Source: Candidatus Melainabacteria bacterium 17Bon1m
GTDB taxonomy: Bacteria; Cyanobacteriota; Vampirovibrionia; Obscuribacterales; Obscuribacteraceae
DNA length: 64,000 nt
Assembly: GCA_032128875.1 (NCBI GenBank)
Contig: JAVLKG010000002.1
Coordinates: 128,001 to 192,000 of the forward strand
Direction: 5' to 3'
Below the pieces are notes generated by a model, which saw nothing but the letters and a program-made list of their open reading frames with translations, searched no databases and had not been told where the DNA came from. Of this stretch, positions 47,823 to 57,398 are shown piece after piece (position 1 is the first letter of the stretch; every line of letters starts with the position of its first letter). The translations under genes and the position numbers were made by a program.

Positions 47823-49187
47823 TTATCGAGGCGGGTAGAAAACGAGCCATGAGCCGACGGTGACGGCTAGGTGCAGAGCGAGCAGGCTGAGGGTCGCCCA
47901 CTTGCCGAACTTGTCACCCAGGCGGTAGAAGCCGGCAATGAGCATCGCGTCTATCGGGACAATCGACGGGAAAAGATATCGTCCGTGTGGACCCGTGACT
48001 TTGAGAAGTGTGGCGGTTATCATCGCCGCAAGATTCAAAAGGGGACAAAGAAGAAAGAGAAGCCAGATCATTTTCTCTACATCAATCTTCGATGTCTTCT
48101 TAGTTTCATCAAAACCATCCGCGTTGTCGGCTGCTGCATCTGCTGACGTTCTTGCGGCGGGAGTCGCCTTACCTTTTACGAGACCGGTCCAACCGACGAT
48201 GGCTGCGATTACATAAATCAGATAGGCAATATACGTCGGGCGGTAAATGTACCGTGTCATGTACCCAAAGAGACCGAAGAAGTCGAAAAACACATAGCGC
48301 CACCAGCCGAATTGATGCACCTCAGGCCAGGGGTGCACAATGACGCCGTTTTTTCTCGGAAGAATTTTCGACCAGCTCTCGTACATCGTGCGCGAGCCGA
48401 GAATGTCGCCTGAAAATTCGAAGTAATTGCGGACGAACCACCAGCCGCACGTGCCGGTAAAAACCGCAGCTGCCGCCGCAATTTTTTTGATTGCTGATGC
48501 CGCGGATTCGCCGCGCCCGAATGTTGCTGCTATAACTCCCAGACCGAGCGCTGGCACGATGCTGAGTCCAGTGTGTTTGGAAAGCGCCAACCATCCAAGC
48601 AGAAAGCCTAACGCAATGGAGGCTTTCATAGTCAGTCCGCGTTTGATTGCGCAAACTACTAGATAGATGGAGATGCTCGCCAAAGATACAGTGGTGGCAT
48701 CTGTGTTCGTATAACTTTGGGTGAAAACAAGCTGAGGGTGCAGCACTATAAGCAGTGGCAACGCTAAAGACCGGAGCAAGCAACCAGCAAAAATTTCTTT
48801 ACCGATGAGAAACGCGGCGATGAGCGTTGGTATCCCAGCAAGCACGCTGCCTATGCGAGAAAACGTAGGCATAGTGGTCTCGCTTGCGAAGAGCGAGCAC
48901 AGAACGTTCGGCAAATAGCCGAATTGTGGAAGCGAACCGTACTCAGCGGCACCACCAGCGGAAAAAACTTCATGAGCAGATGGTAAACGCAGATGAGTCG
49001 TCAGAAAGTGGGAAACCCAAAAATGGTTGCCTTCATCTGGTGCTTCGGAAATGGGTAGCGTAAATACCCACGGCAGCCGCAGCAACAAGTACAGCATGAT
49101 GAAAATTGCTAGCTGAACTTTCGAGTTATGCCAGAGGCTCGAAGGAGCCGCCGCATTCTCTAGGGTTTCAGCTGTTCTTTCCGTCAT
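47823..49187 (-). CDS. GT-C fold membrane glycosyltransferase-like (DUF2142/PMT-like)
   Basis: EAPDEGNH, YTNTD, LSK, GRYLFP; many TMs; paralogue at 62134. Confidence 0.75.
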   Translation of the reverse strand: MTERTAETLENAAAPSSLWHNSKVQLAIFIMLYLLLRLPWVFTLPISEAPDEGNHFWVSHFLTTHLRLPSAHEVFSAGGAAEYGSLPQFGYLPNVLCSLFASETTMPTFSRIGSVLAGIPTLIAAFLIGKEIFAGCLLRSLALPLLIVLHPQLVFTQSYTNTDATTVSLASISIYLVVCAIKRGLTMKASIALGFLLGWLALSKHTGLSIVPALGLGVIAATFGRGESAASAIKKIAAAAAVFTGTCGWWFVRNYFEFSGDILGSRTMYESWSKILPRKNGVIVHPWPEVHQFGWWRYVFFDFFGLFGYMTRYIYRPTYIAYLIYVIAAIVGWTGLVKGKATPAARTSADAAADNADGFDETKKTSKIDVEKMIWLLFLLCPLLNLAAMITATLLKVTGPHGRYLFPSIVPIDAMLIAGFYRLGDKFGKWATLSLLALHLAVTVGSWLVFYPPR

Positions 49188-49188
49188 C

Positions 49189-49938
49189 TTACTTCTTGGT
49201 CAATGCTTTCGCTGCGCGCTTCCGGCACTCTTCGATAGTGCGGGTAGAAGTGCGGATATCGTGAGCAGCCTTGCCAATTTTTTCGTTGTCGTAATTTGGT
49301 CCTTGCGCAAGCTGTTTCAGCTGATCGCTTGCAGTTTGGATCTTGCTGTTAGCTTCGGTCATCAAACTGAGTTCCACTTTAAATGAGTCTTTGGCCGAGT
49401 TGGACAGCGAAACTGGAGGACACAATGCAGATACTTCGTGCTGCAAAATACCAACAACTTGCGCAACCTGATTCACATCGAAGTCTAGCCACTTCTTGCG
49501 CGGCGGAAGTAATGGACCAGTGCGCAACGAAGCATTCAAAGCCGGGTCCCACGGGTCATATCCAAACGGGTTAACCACTTGTTCTGTCACAATGTCCTGC
49601 ATATTTATGGGAGCGGCACTGTGCCGATTTACTTCTTTTACTGTCTCAGTGGCAGCATGGTCCAATTTCTTTAGACTCTCGCCAAGGTCACGCAACATTT
49701 CCAATTCAGTACGTTCGTCTACCACCATATCCGGTGGCGTCTTGTCCACGGCAAACGGTGCTTTATCCTTCAGTGATGGATCCATCGCGGGATCGGCCGC
49801 CGCCGCGTCTGCTGAGAAAGCTGAAGGTGCAAAACCTGCAACAGTGAGCATTGTAAGCACACTAGCCGCAACGCTAAATGACCCGCGCAATCGCGCTGTT
49901 CTTTTTTCGGGCACGATGTTTTCCTTGTGAGAGTTCAT
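49189..49938 (-). CDS. Exported hypothetical helical protein
   Basis: Signal peptide; lies in an operon-like run. Confidence 0.65.
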   Translation of the reverse strand: MNSHKENIVPEKRTARLRGSFSVAASVLTMLTVAGFAPSAFSADAAAADPAMDPSLKDKAPFAVDKTPPDMVVDERTELEMLRDLGESLKKLDHAATETVKEVNRHSAAPINMQDIVTEQVVNPFGYDPWDPALNASLRTGPLLPPRKKWLDFDVNQVAQVVGILQHEVSALCPPVSLSNSAKDSFKVELSLMTEANSKIQTASDQLKQLAQGPNYDNEKIGKAAHDIRTSTRTIEECRKRAAKALTKK

Positions 49939-49952
49939 TGCGTCAGATCTCC

Positions 49953-52604
49953 TTACTGCACTTTTTTGAATAGTGGTTCTTTCCCAGTTGCTTCTTGAAT
50001 GACATCAAAGGTTCGCGCCCAAACAGGAGGACGCAAAAGGTCAAATTGCAATTTGCGCTTCAAATGTTCTGTGCGCAACGGCGTGCCGCTCACTTCGTAG
50101 AATGTGTAAACTCCACCACGCACGAGCATCGCCCCTTGTGACGTTTGGCACAGCATCAGCACCAGCCCAGGACGTCCCAACACCAGATTGGCGGATTTGA
50201 GCTGACGTTTGTAGATTGAATCCGGTTGTTTTGCCTTTGCGGATGCTCGTGCCGAATTTGCTGTCGAATTTGCTGTAGAACTTGCTGTAGAACTTGCTGT
50301 AGAACTTGCTGTAGAACTTGCTGTAGAACTTGCTGTAGAACTTGCTACACCTGCAGAACCCGTTGCGCTGCCAGAAGCTGCTCCACCTGCAGCACTGGCC
50401 GAATGTGATGCGGTCGCCGCTGCGGAGAGTATACTGCTGGCTGTTTTGCTCAATGCCGTTTTGCCGCTGTTGAGGATGCTGCTGCCGCTCGTCAGCGCTG
50501 CACCAGGTGTCATGCCCAGGGAATGCGATGGCATATTGATTGTGGGAGCCGGAGCCTCGGTTGGCGCAATAATGCTCAGAGCGCCTGGCAATGGTGACGA
50601 GACTTGATCAAGGATAAAGTCTATTCCAGCCAATAATTTGAAATCGACAGGCGAAGTCGGCTTGCCCTCAATTTCCGCGTCTGCGATTTGAGCTAAACGT
50701 TGTGCCAGACGTTTGAAGTCATTCAGTCGCTGTTCGTATTGTGCCGGGAAAAATCCAAGTGCTGTCAGTTTGTCCTGGAGAGTTCTGGCATCGGTTTCTA
50801 TGGCACGAAAAACACCAGGCACAGGCTCTAAGTAGTGGAACGATGCCGGCTTCACGACTGGTGCTCCAGCAGGAATGCTTGGTTGGGTAGTCGAAGGCTT
50901 ATTCGATGCACCTTGTGTGGTGCCCACGCCCTCCGCCGGTTTCACGCTAGCCCCGTCGGCACCAGTCGGCTTACTTACTCCGGCGCCAACCTCCGGCCTA
51001 CCTACTCCGGCGCCACCATCCGGCTTAATCTCAGCTAAAGCAATATGCGCATCGACCCACCCACTGAAGGCACTTTCGAGGTGTCTAGACATCCACAAGT
51101 CTGTCTTCAACGGACCTTGAGCTTCGGTTGGAAACTGTTTGAAATAGCCACTGAGAATATTCCAAGAACGCTCCCACGTCGCGGTCAATGGTTGCCCGGC
51201 TTTCGGTTTTGCGACCGCACGCTCCAGCTCGAGAATTGGTTTGTTCAAGTCCGGCTGTAGTACTGAAATGCCGTTGTACAAAATATTAGTGGCAGCCTGC
51301 GCTCCGCGAGCATGTAAGATGAGCAGAGAAAGAGGGCACCACACTGTTCCTCTGTCGTCGTCCGTGAAAGTGCCAGCGCGAGCGCGAAGCCAGGGAATCT
51401 CGGGATCTTCGATTAAGGGCATCAAGCGAAAAGATGCGTGCTGCGCATCGTCACCCGATGAGTCTGCTAGATCGAAAATTGAAGTGGCGCCCAGACCTAC
51501 AGGCTTTTGTTTGCGCACAGACAGCAAAAGTTTTGTTCTGAAAAATGGACTTGCCAGGTTGTTTAACGTGGTTTTCAAATCTTGAATGCCACCAGGTACA
51601 ACGGCCTTAAAGTCGGTGTATAAAAGTGTTCGTTGCCTGTTGCGTAAAGAGCTCGTAGCGAAAAGCTCCCACACCTGAACCAATCTTTGCCAGCTATCCA
51701 CTGCTGGTTTTCCATTGATGGTGGCACGGTCGAGCGCGCGATAGAGCAAGACAGATCTTCTAAATAAGTTGCCGCTGCCAGTCTCCGTATCGACAGTGAC
51801 GTCGGTCAGAGGAAAGTCCATTCTGGAAATCCATTGCGCGCAGCGATAGAAATAGGCAAGTTTTTCGCGTTTTGCAAACCAACCGAGCGGTGCGAGCGCT
51901 TCGAAGTTTTCTTCTCTGTCGAAAATCTCAGAGCGCGTTTTAAATCCGGCATCGATGTTCTTCATCTCTCGGTCGGAGAGGTCGGTGGCACCGCCCATAT
52001 CCGGGAGCTTTATCGATGGCTCGATGAGGCGAATTGCGACGATGAGAAACGCCAGGTTGCGCTGAATATCGTCCTTGATTTCAGCATCTTCCGAACGTCT
52101 GTAGTCCTCGACAGCTGCTTTGAGCATGGCATGCAAAACCTGCTTCAATTCAGGCATCACATGTTCTTCGATGACTGCTGCGATGAGTCCATTGGTCGTG
52201 GCGAAATACGGATGGACAATACTATCGAGCGTGACAAAATTTGGCTTACCCTTTAGTCTGTTGTCTCGATACAGGTCGCCCATTGTTTCGAAATTGGTGT
52301 TATTAATCACCACGAAGTGATTTTGCGCTAACAGATTTGTGGTGGCAGGTGTGACTCCAGGGATTTTGATTCCTGCAAGAGAAATCGGAGTTACCGGCGT
52401 AGTCGGCAACTCCTGTGGCTTCAAGATCGCTTCCAAACTCTGGTCTTTCTCCAAGCTAGGATGCTTGGTCATGCTCGCAGGCAACTTAATAGGATTCATT
52501 CCTGATTCCGTAAGCTGCGCTGAGGCACCCAACGGCAGAAGTCCGGTTTGGAAAATCAGAAGTGCCGAGACACTTGCAAATATTTTCTTTTTGGACTTGC
52601 CCAT
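49953..52604 (-). CDS. DUF3160-like exported protein with a Ser/Thr/Ala-rich insert
   Basis: LLAQNHFVV, PNFVTLDSIVH, YLEPVP, RGGVYTFYE motifs. Confidence 0.7.
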   Translation of the reverse strand: MGKSKKKIFASVSALLIFQTGLLPLGASAQLTESGMNPIKLPASMTKHPSLEKDQSLEAILKPQELPTTPVTPISLAGIKIPGVTPATTNLLAQNHFVVINNTNFETMGDLYRDNRLKGKPNFVTLDSIVHPYFATTNGLIAAVIEEHVMPELKQVLHAMLKAAVEDYRRSEDAEIKDDIQRNLAFLIVAIRLIEPSIKLPDMGGATDLSDREMKNIDAGFKTRSEIFDREENFEALAPLGWFAKREKLAYFYRCAQWISRMDFPLTDVTVDTETGSGNLFRRSVLLYRALDRATINGKPAVDSWQRLVQVWELFATSSLRNRQRTLLYTDFKAVVPGGIQDLKTTLNNLASPFFRTKLLLSVRKQKPVGLGATSIFDLADSSGDDAQHASFRLMPLIEDPEIPWLRARAGTFTDDDRGTVWCPLSLLILHARGAQAATNILYNGISVLQPDLNKPILELERAVAKPKAGQPLTATWERSWNILSGYFKQFPTEAQGPLKTDLWMSRHLESAFSGWVDAHIALAEIKPDGGAGVGRPEVGAGVSKPTGADGASVKPAEGVGTTQGASNKPSTTQPSIPAGAPVVKPASFHYLEPVPGVFRAIETDARTLQDKLTALGFFPAQYEQRLNDFKRLAQRLAQIADAEIEGKPTSPVDFKLLAGIDFILDQVSSPLPGALSIIAPTEAPAPTINMPSHSLGMTPGAALTSGSSILNSGKTALSKTASSILSAAATASHSASAAGGAASGSATGSAGVASSTASSTASSTASSTASSTASSTANSTANSARASAKAKQPDSIYKRQLKSANLVLGRPGLVLMLCQTSQGAMLVRGGVYTFYEVSGTPLRTEHLKRKLQFDLLRPPVWARTFDVIQEATGKEPLFKKVQ
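50254..50347. repeat. Coding 12-bp tandem repeat (STAS)n
   Basis: About 7-8 copies of GAACTTGCTGTA or close variants. Confidence 0.9.
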
Positions 52605-52657
52605 AGGTTTACCGTTGCTTGAACAGACCACTGTATTGCGGCTTGTGTGCGTCTCTC

Positions 52658-54319
52658 TTATTTGCGAGTTTGCGGAATGAGCGATACGAAGCGCGCCATG
52701 TGAATGCCGTCGACTTCGTTCAGTTCGGTGATCAACTCTTGCTGAATCGGATCATCGAGAGTCATGACCATGACGGAGTCCTCGCGAATTCCTTTTCTTG
52801 CCACGGACATGGTGCTGATGTTGATATCGTGTTTGCCGAGAATGCCCGCTACTTTCGCGACCATCCCTGGTTGATCTCGGTGCATGGTGAACAGCATGTA
52901 CCGGGCCGGTGTGAGGTTGATCGGGTAGTCATTGATGCGGGTGATGATTGGCTCGTCGTGAGTGAGGATTGTTCCTGATAAGGAAGTGATACCCGACTCG
53001 GTCGAAAGTATTATTGTGAGCTCTTCGCCAAATTGGCTGCTCTCTTCGAATTTGCTTTCGCGCACCTGGATGCCATGCTGTCTTGCGATCAATGATGCAT
53101 TGACGTAGGTCACTCCTTCCATTTTTGTGAAAAGCATGCCGCGCAGAGCTGTCACCGTCAGTGGTGACGTGTCTTTGGTCGCCAAACCGCCGTATGCCAG
53201 AGTCTCTAATTCTTTGATAGAACCATTGCTCAATTCGCCGGCGATTGCGCCCATCGCTTCGGCTAGCCAGACATATTTGCCGAGGCTCTTCAAAATTTCC
53301 GGACGCATGAAAGGCAAGTTGACAGGGCTCTTCGCAAGACCGGTAGTGAGATAGTCGCGCATCTGTTCTGCGAGATCTATCGCTACGTTGAATTGGGCTT
53401 CGACTGTCGATGCGCCCAAGTGTGGAGTCAAAACAACCTTGTCGCCCAGCGCATAAAGCGGAGAGTCTTTGGGTGGTTCTTCATCGAAAACATCGAGTGC
53501 CGCACCAGCGACGCGCCCGTCTTGAATTGCTTTCGCCAGGGCATGCTCGTCGATGATTCCACCGCGCGCTGCATTAATGATGCGAACACCGGGCTTAACG
53601 CGGGAAAGTACGGTGCCACTGATGAGATTTGTTGTTTCTCGTGTCTTCGGCGTATGAAGAGTGATGAAGTCTGCACGACGCCAGATTTCTTCAAGCGAAA
53701 CACTCTGCATATGAAGTTGTGCCGCGCGCTCAGCACTGATCAGAGGATCGTATACGATGACCTTCATCCCGAGTGCTTGCGCTGTCTGCGCAACTCTCTG
53801 CCCGACTTTGCCAAGTCCGACCACACCGAGGGTTTTGTTGAACAATTCAGTGCCGGTGAATTTGCTGCGCTCCCACTTTCCGTCTTTCATCGAGCGATCG
53901 GCGGGTGCGACGTTTCTCGCTAAAGACATCATCAAAGCTACCGTGTGCTCAGCGGCTGATGCGGTGTTCCCTTCCGGCGAATTGACCACCAAAATCCCTG
54001 CTTCCGTCGCGGCACCAATGTCTATATTGTCGACGCCTACACCAGCGCGTCCGATGACTTTCAAGTTCTTTCCGGCTTTGATAACTTCGGGCGTTACCAC
54101 CGTCCGGCTGCGCACCAACAAACCTGTATATTCGGGAATCACCTTGATCAACTCTTCTGGCGTGATCTTCGGCAGGTAATCCACCGATAGCGCCTGCGAC
54201 ATTACATCCAAGCCTTCCTGGCTGATCTCGTCCGCCACCAATATTCTGTCTGTAGTTTTTTCAGCAGTCACTGCTTTTGCATCCTTTGTCTTAGTTGCGG
54301 TTGTATCTTTGGCGGGCAC
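52658..54319 (-). CDS. serA: D-3-phosphoglycerate dehydrogenase (ASB plus ACT type)
   Basis: GRAGVGVDNID, GLGKVG, NAARGG, TPHLGAST, HRDQPG; GTG 54319 after GGAG/AAGGA. Confidence 0.95.
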   Translation of the reverse strand: MPAKDTTATKTKDAKAVTAEKTTDRILVADEISQEGLDVMSQALSVDYLPKITPEELIKVIPEYTGLLVRSRTVVTPEVIKAGKNLKVIGRAGVGVDNIDIGAATEAGILVVNSPEGNTASAAEHTVALMMSLARNVAPADRSMKDGKWERSKFTGTELFNKTLGVVGLGKVGQRVAQTAQALGMKVIVYDPLISAERAAQLHMQSVSLEEIWRRADFITLHTPKTRETTNLISGTVLSRVKPGVRIINAARGGIIDEHALAKAIQDGRVAGAALDVFDEEPPKDSPLYALGDKVVLTPHLGASTVEAQFNVAIDLAEQMRDYLTTGLAKSPVNLPFMRPEILKSLGKYVWLAEAMGAIAGELSNGSIKELETLAYGGLATKDTSPLTVTALRGMLFTKMEGVTYVNASLIARQHGIQVRESKFEESSQFGEELTIILSTESGITSLSGTILTHDEPIITRINDYPINLTPARYMLFTMHRDQPGMVAKVAGILGKHDINISTMSVARKGIREDSVMVMTLDDPIQQELITELNEVDGIHMARFVSLIPQTRK

Positions 54320-54342
54320 TATCCTTTCTCCCTGTGGCGTGA

Positions 54343-57105
54343 TTATTGATTGGTCAAAATCAATTTGTGTTTTTCTTGCCGATCTACTTGCTTGTCCGAA
54401 ACTGCCATCGCATGTGGTTCCATCTTCAACCATGCCGGAAGCTGGTCTGCGCGATAGGAAGAAATAAGCTGTCCTGATTCACCAAGTGACAGATTGGAGT
54501 AAATCTTCTCATCATCAGCCATATCGATAAGCATGCGCAACGTTGGTCCCACCGATGATAGGAAATTCCAAGCGTCTTTCGAAGGCTTTATATTGGCTGC
54601 ACTGACAGTATCTTGGTCACCGCCAACAGATGACGGACCAATGTCGAGAACGGGGGCGAAGCTCGAATTGTATTTGGCGATTGGGTGGCGGAAAGTGACT
54701 TTGTGCAATGTTCCCCACGGAACAATTTTCGCATCTTCCTTCTCCGCAGAAACCCTCACACCCTTAAGCGACATTCCAAATGTCGAGATAAGGAACGCGT
54801 CATAGCTGCGCTCGCCTGGCGGCAACCACTGATTGGGGTGCGCGCGCAGAATTCGCTCGATTAAAACAGTCGAGCGCGGCCAACGTTCCAAATACTCCGC
54901 AGTTGCATCAGCTCCCAACTTCGGCTCCAGTATTCTGTGAGCCAGAGTGTTGATGAAGCTCTCATAAATAGCGGCAGGAACACTGTCAGGTGTCAGCTGA
55001 TACTGACGCTGAGACCAATTGTTTAACTGCTCCAGCGCAGTCAATTGCGTCTTATCAATCAGCTCTGTTTTGTCCGTGGCACGTTTTAATTCAGACTTGA
55101 CCAGCTCGATGAGCGGGGCCGTTTGATCCGTTTGCAGAAGACCGAGCTCCGGAAGACCAGCGCGTTGTCCGCTGCGTTTGTACGATGACAACACCTGACG
55201 AATTCGCATCGGCGGATATGGGCTGTTGATGCTGGGATGACCAGCAATTCGCTGCTCACCGGCGATGACAAAACCTTCTTTAGCGATAAGTTCCTGAGGA
55301 AGTTCTGCGGCTTTCATAAGCGGCGGAGCTTGTCTTACCAACCAACCGGGCACCATCACACTTCCACCACCGAACTTGCGGCGGTCAGGAACTGCTCCGG
55401 CAACTTTGTAGCCCACTGATCCTTTCTTGTCCGCGAAAACAAATGTCTGTGGATTGCCTTGATAGTCGTCCAGCGCCAATGAAAATGAAACCAAGTCTTT
55501 GGCTTTGTTCATTTTCCAAAGTGCTTCGATGATTGGCTTTAGCGGTCTAGAACCAGTCCAGCTGAGTGAAACGCCAGATGTTTCACTGCGAGTCAAGATC
55601 GGTCCGTGCTTTGTGGTAAGCACCTTGTGCAGCAAGTCCTTCTTCATACGAACGGGAATTGCCACAATGTTTTCAGCGACGTTTTGCCAACCTTCAGCCG
55701 TGCGATATTTATTGGGAAACTGGCTGGAGAACTCTTCCAAGATCAAGTCTTGTGTGTCTGCTTTGAGATTGGCAGAACCGAAAGAGATGAACTGATTGCG
55801 ACCGGTGATAATTCCCGGCACACCAGGAATGGTGGCACCGACCAAATGCGTTGACGGAGACTTGAGTGAGATTTGATAAAAGCGATCAGGCACCGTATAC
55901 AGTGCGTGCTTGTCGTTGGCAAGCAGACTGCCCCGTGTGTCTGACATGGCGCCGGAAATTCCAAACGCGTTGCTGCCGATTCTAGGATCCATCGACGCGA
56001 GAAGGGCTACAGCTTTTTTGTAAGACTCCAATGATGGCGCATAACCAGTGGGTGAAGTCGGGCGAGCTGGAGTCGACGGTGCCGGTGTGATATCTGGCGC
56101 TGTCGTCGGTTCGGGTTCTGATTGTGTAGATGGAGCTGTCTCCGCGGGTGGTGTGTAGCGCAGCGTAGGTGCTGTTCGTGGTGAGGGCGAAGTACCAGGT
56201 GTACGCGGAACACGTGGAGCGGTACGAACATTCGTAGAAGATGCTCTTGTTTCGGTGCCGGCTGCCGCTTGAGCGGAAGTTTTTGAGGCTCCATTTTTTG
56301 TACCCGGTGCTCCGCCAGGTGCTGTACCAGGGGTTGATGCATCCGGCAGCGCAGCAGGCTTGGCTGCATCGCGCGCTGCACCAGGAGTTGTTGCATCAGG
56401 CAACGCAGCAGGAGTCGCAGGCACAGGCTCTTCTTTCGGTGGTGGAATAGGCGACGGTGCCTGGTTGATTACAGAACGCAGCGGTTCTTCAAAAATTTCC
56501 GAGGCTAACTTCTCGCCACCTTGCTTATCGCAAATTCTCTGACGCAAATCATCAAGGCGCCAAGATTCATCTGCCTCGAATTGCAAATATTTGAGCACGC
56601 AAAGTGTGTCCGCTGGCTTCCAGGGTTCTGGTCTATAAGCCAAAGTTGCGAATTCCAGAGGCAAGGTTTTTACGTTGCGACGAAGGTATTCATTCACGCC
56701 CATTGAATACGCATCTAGAAATGCGCGCACATCTTGCGAGAGTTTTTTCAGTTCGGCATCTGCAATTTGTGAAATGCCTACGCTTCTCATGAGCTTGTCG
56801 TCGATCAAGCATTGTTCGCCAAATACTTCCGACATCTGCCCGCGTGCTGCACGCCTGAGCATGTCCATCTGAAACATCCGGTCCGACGCATGCGCGTAGC
56901 CTTCGACCAACCACAAATCTCTGTCCGATGACGCTTCGACATATGGAATTCCACGCTCATCAAATCTGATCTGCGCACCGTGCATCAATGGCTCCAATGT
57001 CACAACGCCGTCAGTGACAGGCAACGCTCGCTGGCAAAGCCACCATCCGGTGATTGGTGTTGCAAGGATAACCAGGACAAGAACAATGATTAGGATTCTT
57101 AGCAC
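54343..57105 (-). CDS. Penicillin acylase (Ntn-hydrolase) family protein, membrane anchored
   Basis: DERGIPYV, DRMFQMDMLRR, GSNAF (beta-chain Ser), GATIPGVP, GESG. Confidence 0.9.
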   Translation of the reverse strand: MLRILIIVLVLVILATPITGWWLCQRALPVTDGVVTLEPLMHGAQIRFDERGIPYVEASSDRDLWLVEGYAHASDRMFQMDMLRRAARGQMSEVFGEQCLIDDKLMRSVGISQIADAELKKLSQDVRAFLDAYSMGVNEYLRRNVKTLPLEFATLAYRPEPWKPADTLCVLKYLQFEADESWRLDDLRQRICDKQGGEKLASEIFEEPLRSVINQAPSPIPPPKEEPVPATPAALPDATTPGAARDAAKPAALPDASTPGTAPGGAPGTKNGASKTSAQAAAGTETRASSTNVRTAPRVPRTPGTSPSPRTAPTLRYTPPAETAPSTQSEPEPTTAPDITPAPSTPARPTSPTGYAPSLESYKKAVALLASMDPRIGSNAFGISGAMSDTRGSLLANDKHALYTVPDRFYQISLKSPSTHLVGATIPGVPGIITGRNQFISFGSANLKADTQDLILEEFSSQFPNKYRTAEGWQNVAENIVAIPVRMKKDLLHKVLTTKHGPILTRSETSGVSLSWTGSRPLKPIIEALWKMNKAKDLVSFSLALDDYQGNPQTFVFADKKGSVGYKVAGAVPDRRKFGGGSVMVPGWLVRQAPPLMKAAELPQELIAKEGFVIAGEQRIAGHPSINSPYPPMRIRQVLSSYKRSGQRAGLPELGLLQTDQTAPLIELVKSELKRATDKTELIDKTQLTALEQLNNWSQRQYQLTPDSVPAAIYESFINTLAHRILEPKLGADATAEYLERWPRSTVLIERILRAHPNQWLPPGERSYDAFLISTFGMSLKGVRVSAEKEDAKIVPWGTLHKVTFRHPIAKYNSSFAPVLDIGPSSVGGDQDTVSAANIKPSKDAWNFLSSVGPTLRMLIDMADDEKIYSNLSLGESGQLISSYRADQLPAWLKMEPHAMAVSDKQVDRQEKHKLILTNQ

Positions 57106-57307
57106 TATGCCACCATATGTGGAGCCAACAACGAAAGGGAGCCTTCGCTCCTTACAAGGGCTCAGTTTTGCCCACTAGAACCGCCACAATTATATTAGAA
57201 GAGGCTTGCAGCAAGGCACTTATGAAGCTTCAAGCGCTACGCATTTTAACGACCGCTATTGATAGCAGATAGGGGTGCTTCTGGATACTGTTCTATATCC
57301 GAATGGC

Positions 57308-57378
57308 TGGAGCCGGGCTGAAACGGCCGGAGCGCCGCCTTCCAGGCGGCTTCGGGCGGCATTAATGCCGCCCCTACG
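57308..57378. repeat. REP cluster
   Basis: CGGAGCGCCGCCTTCCAGGCGGC and GGGCGGCATTAATGCCGCCCCTAC. Confidence 0.75.
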
Positions 57379-57398
57379 TTCCGCAGGACGCGTCGCCG

